Source: a bacterium (GTDB lineage: Bacteria > Bacillota > Clostridia > Christensenellales > Aristaeellaceae). Taken from it: a stretch of DNA of 30,793 bases. The stretch's first letter is position 1. Each line of letters starts with the position of its first letter. The DNA is taken from contig CAVHAH010000001.1 in assembly GCA_963633785.1 (NCBI GenBank), positions 1 through 30,793 on the forward strand, written 5' to 3'. A program made the translations under genes and the position numbers. Below the pieces are notes generated by a model. It worked only from the letters and a program-made list of their open reading frames with translations, did not search any database and had not been told where the DNA came from. This document shows, piece after piece, positions 26,100 to 30,793 of this stretch.

Positions 26100-27521
26100 T
26101 TATTGATCCTCGATCACGCTGCGCTCGAACAGGCTTCTCTGATTCTGTTTGGGCGGCTCGCAGGGATAGTTTCCGTCAAAGCACGCACAGCAGAAGCCGC
26201 AGGTATTATCCGCCAGCTTGCGCGCGTTTTCCACGGAGAGATAGCCCAGCGAATCCACGCCGAGCATTTGGCGAATCTCTTCCAACGAATGATTGCTTGC
26301 AATCAGGTTTTCCTCGCTGTCGACATCGATGCCGAAATAGCAGGGATGTTTGAACATCGGTGCGGACGAGCGCATATGCACTTCCGTTGCGCCCGCCTTG
26401 CGAAGCAGTTTCACGATGCGCATGGCCGTTGTGCCCCGCACAATGGAATCATCCACCAGAACCACGCGTTTGCCCTTCACGGTTGCGGAAATCGGATTCA
26501 GCTTGATGCGCACCTTCAATTCTCGGTCTTCCTGGGTGGGCTGTATGAATGTTCTGCCGATGTATTTGTTTTTCAGAAATCCGATGCCGTAGGGAATGCC
26601 CGAAGTGCGAGCATAACCGATTGCGGCATCGATGCCCGAATCCGGCACGCCGATAACCACATCCGCCTGTGCGGGATGTTCCAGCGCCAGAAAACTGCCC
26701 GCGCGCTGCCGTGCCCAATGCACGCTCGAACCGTCGACCATTGAATCGGGTCGGGAAATATAGATGAATTCAAACACGCACAGCGATTTGTCGCATTTGC
26801 CCACACGGGAGGTATCGCTGCGAAGGCCGTTTTTGTCCACAACCACAATCTCGCCCGGCTCGATATCCCGAACGAAGGTTGCGCCCACGCAATCCAGCGC
26901 ACAGCTTTCCGAGGCGAACACGATTTTTCCGTTCATTTCGCCCATGCACAGCGGACGGAAACCGTGCGGATCACGGGCGGCAATCAGCTTTGTGGAAGAC
27001 ATGATTACCAGCGAATACGCCCCCTGCAAACGATCCATCGCATGCCCGACCGCCTCTTCAATGGATGCACAGCGCAGGCGTTCACGGGTTATGATATGCG
27101 TTATGATTTCCGAATCGCTCGTCATGTGAAAGATTGCGCCGTTCATTTCCAGCTCTTCGCGCAATTCGCCCGCATTGGTCAGGGCGCCGTTGTGCGCCAT
27201 CGCCATAAGGCCTTTGATGTGGTTGACCACAATCGGCTGGGCGTTCTGTCTGGGATTCAAACCGGTGGTGCCGTAGCGCACATGCCCGACCGCAATCTGC
27301 CCGCACCCCAGCGATCGGAGATTTTCGGGCGTGAATACATCGTTGACCAATCCGGCGTCCTTATGGCTTCGGATAATGCCGTTTTCGTTCACGGCAATGC
27401 CCGCGCTTTCCTGCCCCCGATGCTGCAGTGCAAACAAACCGTGATAGCAAATCGGCGCAATGTCGCACACTTCGGGACTGTATACGCCGAAAACACCGCA
27501 TTCCTCGTGAATACTGCTCAT
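26100..27521 (-). CDS. purF: Amidophosphoribosyltransferase
   Basis: Propeptide then CGVFG, LQHRGQESAG, GHVRYGT, HNG, PRPP motif VLVDDSIVRGTT, Fe-S cysteines (FCCACF); AAGGAG RBS. Confidence 0.97.
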   Translation of the reverse strand: MSSIHEECGVFGVYSPEVCDIAPICYHGLFALQHRGQESAGIAVNENGIIRSHKDAGLVNDVFTPENLRSLGCGQIAVGHVRYGTTGLNPRQNAQPIVVNHIKGLMAMAHNGALTNAGELREELEMNGAIFHMTSDSEIITHIITRERLRCASIEEAVGHAMDRLQGAYSLVIMSSTKLIAARDPHGFRPLCMGEMNGKIVFASESCALDCVGATFVRDIEPGEIVVVDKNGLRSDTSRVGKCDKSLCVFEFIYISRPDSMVDGSSVHWARQRAGSFLALEHPAQADVVIGVPDSGIDAAIGYARTSGIPYGIGFLKNKYIGRTFIQPTQEDRELKVRIKLNPISATVKGKRVVLVDDSIVRGTTAMRIVKLLRKAGATEVHMRSSAPMFKHPCYFGIDVDSEENLIASNHSLEEIRQMLGVDSLGYLSVENARKLADNTCGFCCACFDGNYPCEPPKQNQRSLFERSVIEDQ

Positions 27522-27558
27522 GCCCTGTTCTTCTCCTTTTCGAAAAAGTATAGAAGGC

Positions 27559-27587
27559 ATTATAGCATTCCCATATTACATCATCAA
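27559..27587 (-). promoter_or_regulatory. purF sigmaA promoter
   Basis: TTGATG, 17 bp, TATAAT with extended -10 TG. Confidence 0.75.
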
Positions 27588-27619
27588 GAAAAAAGCGATT
27601 ATAAAATAGATATTTTGGA

Positions 27620-27697
27620 TTATTGTTCGTAAAAACAGTATAAAGCACGGAACAACAAATCGTGATTGCACTGCAATGGCGCAAAAACCCGAACATT
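27620..27697. promoter_or_regulatory. PurBox-like motifs upstream of purF
   Basis: TTTTACGAACAATAA (minus, 27620-27634) and AAACCCGAACATT (plus, 27685-27697) resemble the Firmicute PurR box AWWWCCGAACWWT. Confidence 0.45.
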
Positions 27698-28374
27698 CAA
27701 ACGTTTGAATCGCTTTTCTTCAGAACGATGCGGTTTCGGTTGTATTCGAGAAGCCCTTCCTTCTGCATTTTCCCCAGTTCGGCGGAAAGGCCGCTGCGCT
27801 CTACGCCGAGATAATCGGCCATCTGCTGGCGGGAAAACGGAATCTCGAATTCAAAGCTCCCCTTCTTGCGCGCCATCATCGAAAAATACGACATCAGCTT
27901 CGCCCGAGTGGTGCGCTGACCCATGTGGGTGAGTTTCTCGTTGAACCGCAGATTTTTTTGAGCGAGGTCGCCTAAGAGATTATAAACCACCTTGCTGTGA
28001 TGCGTGCAGGCGGAGGAACACACGGTCAAAATTCTGCGCACATTCAAAAACAGCACCGTGACCGGCGTATCCGCCACCACGCTGACATTCAGAACCGCAC
28101 CGGGCGCGCAGGCGAATGCCGTTGCGAAGGTCTGCGACGGGTTGATTCTGGAAAGAATGTTGCGGTTGCCCCAGATGTCCTCCTGAACCACCAGCACACT
28201 GCCCGAAAGCACCATGCCGATGGACGAAGTAATCTGCCCCTCGCGAAGCAGAAAAGCGTCCTTCGGGAAGGTTTCCCGTTTCGCATCCAGGCATTGAAGC
28301 ATCACCGGAATTTCGGATTCGTCCACGCCCGCAAAAAGCTCGGACGCATGAATGATTGACAAAAATTCATCCAT
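27697..28374 (-). CDS. Crp/Fnr-family transcriptional regulator (HcpR-like)
   Basis: cNMP-type beta-roll (LFAGV..GMVLSGSV..WGNRNIL) and C-terminal HTH SRQQMADYLGVERSGLSAELGKM; divergent from the hcp operon. The 5' extension of the ORF to 28950 overlaps the Fe-S gene and was discarded. Confidence 0.9.
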   Translation of the reverse strand: MDEFLSIIHASELFAGVDESEIPVMLQCLDAKRETFPKDAFLLREGQITSSIGMVLSGSVLVVQEDIWGNRNILSRINPSQTFATAFACAPGAVLNVSVVADTPVTVLFLNVRRILTVCSSACTHHSKVVYNLLGDLAQKNLRFNEKLTHMGQRTTRAKLMSYFSMMARKKGSFEFEIPFSRQQMADYLGVERSGLSAELGKMQKEGLLEYNRNRIVLKKSDSNV

Positions 28375-28388
28375 AAAATCACCTGTTT

Positions 28389-28430
28389 GTTGAAAATTCA
28401 ACCGACTTATCGGTTTCATTGTACTATAAT
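28389..28430 (+). promoter_or_regulatory. Class II Crp/Fnr-type site plus -10 box for the Fe-S/hcp operon
   Basis: Palindrome GTTGAA-AA-TTCAAC (28389-28402); TATAAT at 28425-28430; no good -35. Confidence 0.65.
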
Positions 28431-28464
28431 AGCGTTGAAAAGGCAAGAGGGGTGGTTTAGGAAT

Positions 28465-29172
28465 ATGAAGCGCAGAATTATCGAAATCGATCGGGAGAAA
28501 TGCAACGGCTGCGGCGCATGTGCGGCGGCGTGTCATGAGGGTGCGATTGCCATGGTGGACGGCAAGGCGCAGCTCATGCGTGATGATTATTGCGACGGTT
28601 TGGGCGATTGCCTGCCCGCATGCCCCACAAACGCCATCTCCTTTGTGGAACGCGAAGCCGTTGCCTACGATGAGAAGGCCGTTATGGAACACAAGCAGAA
28701 GAAGATGCAGGCGGAAGGAAAGAAACTGCCCTGCGGCTGCCCCGGAACGCAATCGAAGATGCTGCATCACGAATCGCATGAAAGCGTTGCGGTGAATGCC
28801 GAACAGCCCAGCCGACTGGCGCAGTGGCCCGTTCAGATTAAGCTCGTTCCCGTGAAGGCACCGTATTTCAAGGGCGCAAAACTGCTGATTGCGGCGGATT
28901 GCACGGCGTATGCGTATGCATCGTTCCACGAGAAATTCATCAAGGGACACATCACGCTCGTCGGATGCCCGAAGCTCGACAGCGTGGACTATTCCGAAAA
29001 GCTCACGGAGATTATTCGTGAAAACGACATTCAGAGCGTGACCATCGTGCGCATGGAAGTTCCCTGCTGCGGCGGGTTGGAAAATGCGGCGAAGAAGGCA
29101 TTGATGAACAGCGGAAAATTCATTCCGTGGCAGGTTGTTGTGATTTCGACCGACGGAAGGATTTTGGAGTAA
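28465..29172 (+). CDS. 4Fe-4S dicluster ferredoxin-domain protein associated with hcp
   Basis: CNGCGACAAAC and CDGLGDCLPACP motifs, plus GCPG, QWPVQ, LLIAADC, GCPKLD, MEVPCCGG. Confidence 0.9.
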   Translation: MKRRIIEIDREKCNGCGACAAACHEGAIAMVDGKAQLMRDDYCDGLGDCLPACPTNAISFVEREAVAYDEKAVMEHKQKKMQAEGKKLPCGCPGTQSKMLHHESHESVAVNAEQPSRLAQWPVQIKLVPVKAPYFKGAKLLIAADCTAYAYASFHEKFIKGHITLVGCPKLDSVDYSEKLTEIIRENDIQSVTIVRMEVPCCGGLENAAKKALMNSGKFIPWQVVVISTDGRILE

Positions 29173-29186
29173 GGAGGATTTCGACC

Positions 29187-30779
29187 ATGAATGAGATGTT
29201 TTGCTTCCAGTGTGAACAGACTGCAGGCTGCCGCGGTTGCACGGGCAAGGCGGGCGTTTGCGGAAAAACGGCGGATGTCGCCAAACTGCAGGACGAACTG
29301 ACGGGTGCGATGATCGGCGTGGCGCGTGCGGCAGGCAACAGCGCAGACGTGAACGACGGCACCTACGCTTTGCTGATTGACGGATTGTTTACCACCGTGA
29401 CCAACGTGAATTTCAACAGCGAAACCATTCTCGCACTCACGGAAAAGATGCATGCGGAGAAGAATCGCCTTTCTCCGAACTGCTCCGCCTGCGAAGCGCA
29501 TTGCGGCCGCACGGATGATTACGACATGAACGACCTTTGGAATGCCGATGAGGACATTCGCAGTTTGAAATCGCTGATTCTGTTCGGCATTCGCGGCATG
29601 GCGGCGTATGCGCACCATGCAATGGTTCTGGGCTATACCGACAAGGAAGTGAATGCCTTCTTCGCAAAGGCCCTCTGCGCCATCGGCGATGATTGGGACA
29701 TGGCGGGTCTGCTGCCCATCGTGATGGAAGTCGGCGAAAAGAATCTGAAGTGCATGGAACTGCTCGATAAGGCGAATACCGAAACCTACGGCACGCCCGA
29801 ACCGACGAGCGTATCGCTGAATGTGGAAAAGGGTCCGTTCATCGTGATTTCCGGCCACGACCTGCGGGATTTGAAACTGCTGCTCGAGCAAACGCAGGGG
29901 AAGGGCATCAACATCTACACCCACGGCGAAATGCTTCCGGCGCACGCCTATCCCGAATTGAAGAAATACGCCCATCTGAAGGGCAATTTCGGAACGGCAT
30001 GGCAGAATCAGCAGAAGGAATTCGCCGATTTGCCCGCCCCCGTTCTGTTTACCACCAACTGCCTGATGCCGCCGAAGGGAAGCTATTCCGATCGTGTGTT
30101 CACCACCGCGCTCGTTTCCTATCCCGAAATGAATCATATCGGCGAGAACAAGGATTTCACGCCCGTGATTGAAAAGGCGCTCGAATTGGGCGGTTATTCC
30201 GAGGATAAGGCATTCACCGGCATGAACGGCGGCAGCAGCGTGATGACCGGCTTCGCAAGAGGTACGGTTCTGGGCGTGGCAGACAAGGTAATCGATGCGG
30301 TGAAAGCCGGCGCAATCAAGCATTTCTTCCTGGTTGCGGGCTGCGACGGCATTCGCGCGGGACGCAATTATTACACCGAATTCGTGAAGCAGACGCCTGC
30401 GGATACCGTTGTGCTCACGCTGGCCTGCGGCAAATACCGCTTCAACGATCTGGATTTGGGCACAATCGGCGGACTGCCCCGACTGATGGATGTCGGTCAG
30501 TGCAACGATGCATACAGCGCCATTCAGATTGCGGTTGCGCTGGCAAACGCATTCGGCTGCGGCGTGAACGATTTGCCGCTGTCGATGGTTCTGTCCTGGT
30601 ATGAACAGAAGGCGGTTTGCATTCTGCTGACGCTTCTGTATCTGGGCATCAAGAACATTCGCCTGGGCCCGACGCTCCCCGCATTCGTATCGCCCAATGT
30701 TCTGAATTATCTGGTGGAGAATTTCGGCATTGCGCCGATTTCCACGCCCGAAGAGGACCTGAAGGCACTTTTGAAATAA
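29187..30779 (+). CDS. hcp: Hybrid cluster protein (hydroxylamine reductase, prismane)
   Basis: MFCFQCEQT..GC..GVCGK, SGHDL, YTHGEMLPAH, TTNC, GCDG, ACGKYRFN, GQCND, SWYEQKA; AAGGAGG RBS. Confidence 0.97.
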   Translation: MNEMFCFQCEQTAGCRGCTGKAGVCGKTADVAKLQDELTGAMIGVARAAGNSADVNDGTYALLIDGLFTTVTNVNFNSETILALTEKMHAEKNRLSPNCSACEAHCGRTDDYDMNDLWNADEDIRSLKSLILFGIRGMAAYAHHAMVLGYTDKEVNAFFAKALCAIGDDWDMAGLLPIVMEVGEKNLKCMELLDKANTETYGTPEPTSVSLNVEKGPFIVISGHDLRDLKLLLEQTQGKGINIYTHGEMLPAHAYPELKKYAHLKGNFGTAWQNQQKEFADLPAPVLFTTNCLMPPKGSYSDRVFTTALVSYPEMNHIGENKDFTPVIEKALELGGYSEDKAFTGMNGGSSVMTGFARGTVLGVADKVIDAVKAGAIKHFFLVAGCDGIRAGRNYYTEFVKQTPADTVVLTLACGKYRFNDLDLGTIGGLPRLMDVGQCNDAYSAIQIAVALANAFGCGVNDLPLSMVLSWYEQKAVCILLTLLYLGIKNIRLGPTLPAFVSPNVLNYLVENFGIAPISTPEEDLKALLK

Positions 30780-30793
30780 GCTATGATAGAAAA

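Noticed and set aside
10210..27699. UGA-to-Trp genetic code reassignment
   Set aside because: TGA ends several genes at their expected C-termini and no recognised gene is interrupted by TGA
28375..28950. 192-aa N-terminal extension of the Crp/Fnr ORF
   Set aside because: Antisense to the Fe-S protein gene and its promoter; the recognisable protein starts at ATG 28374

Overview
Chromosomal segment from a GC-rich (roughly 55%) bacterium, most likely a Clostridia-class Firmicute (inferred from gene content, GGAGG RBSs and sigmaA-type promoters). Gene order: 3' part of a large haemagglutinin-like beta-helical repeat protein that ends in an IS256-transposase-like domain; two tandem CotH-kinase/lamin-tail paralogs (-); small alarmone synthetase plus DedA/TVP38 gene (+); argF-carA-carB operon with carB fused to a DapF domain (-); orphan amino-acid ABC substrate-binding protein; tRNA-Trp(CCA); nucleoside hydrolase; very acidic secreted protein; PHP hydrolase::Tag glycosylase fusion plus ketopantoate-reductase-like gene; glutaminase-A-like and membrane protein genes; purF; Crp/Fnr (HcpR-like) regulator with a divergent Fe-S protein-hcp operon. 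No CRISPR array, prophage or intact transposase gene is visible. Most notable: (1) two 160-nt long-hairpin elements (9992-10151, 17259-17418), each starting right after a TAA stop codon, with nine compensatory base-pair changes between copies; (2) an apparently domesticated IS256 transposase core at the C-terminus of the adhesin-like protein; (3) a CarB-DapF fusion with one catalytic Cys replaced by Ala; (4) a tRNA-Trp with an unpaired U27:U43. All family assignments come from motif recognition by eye; no searches were run.
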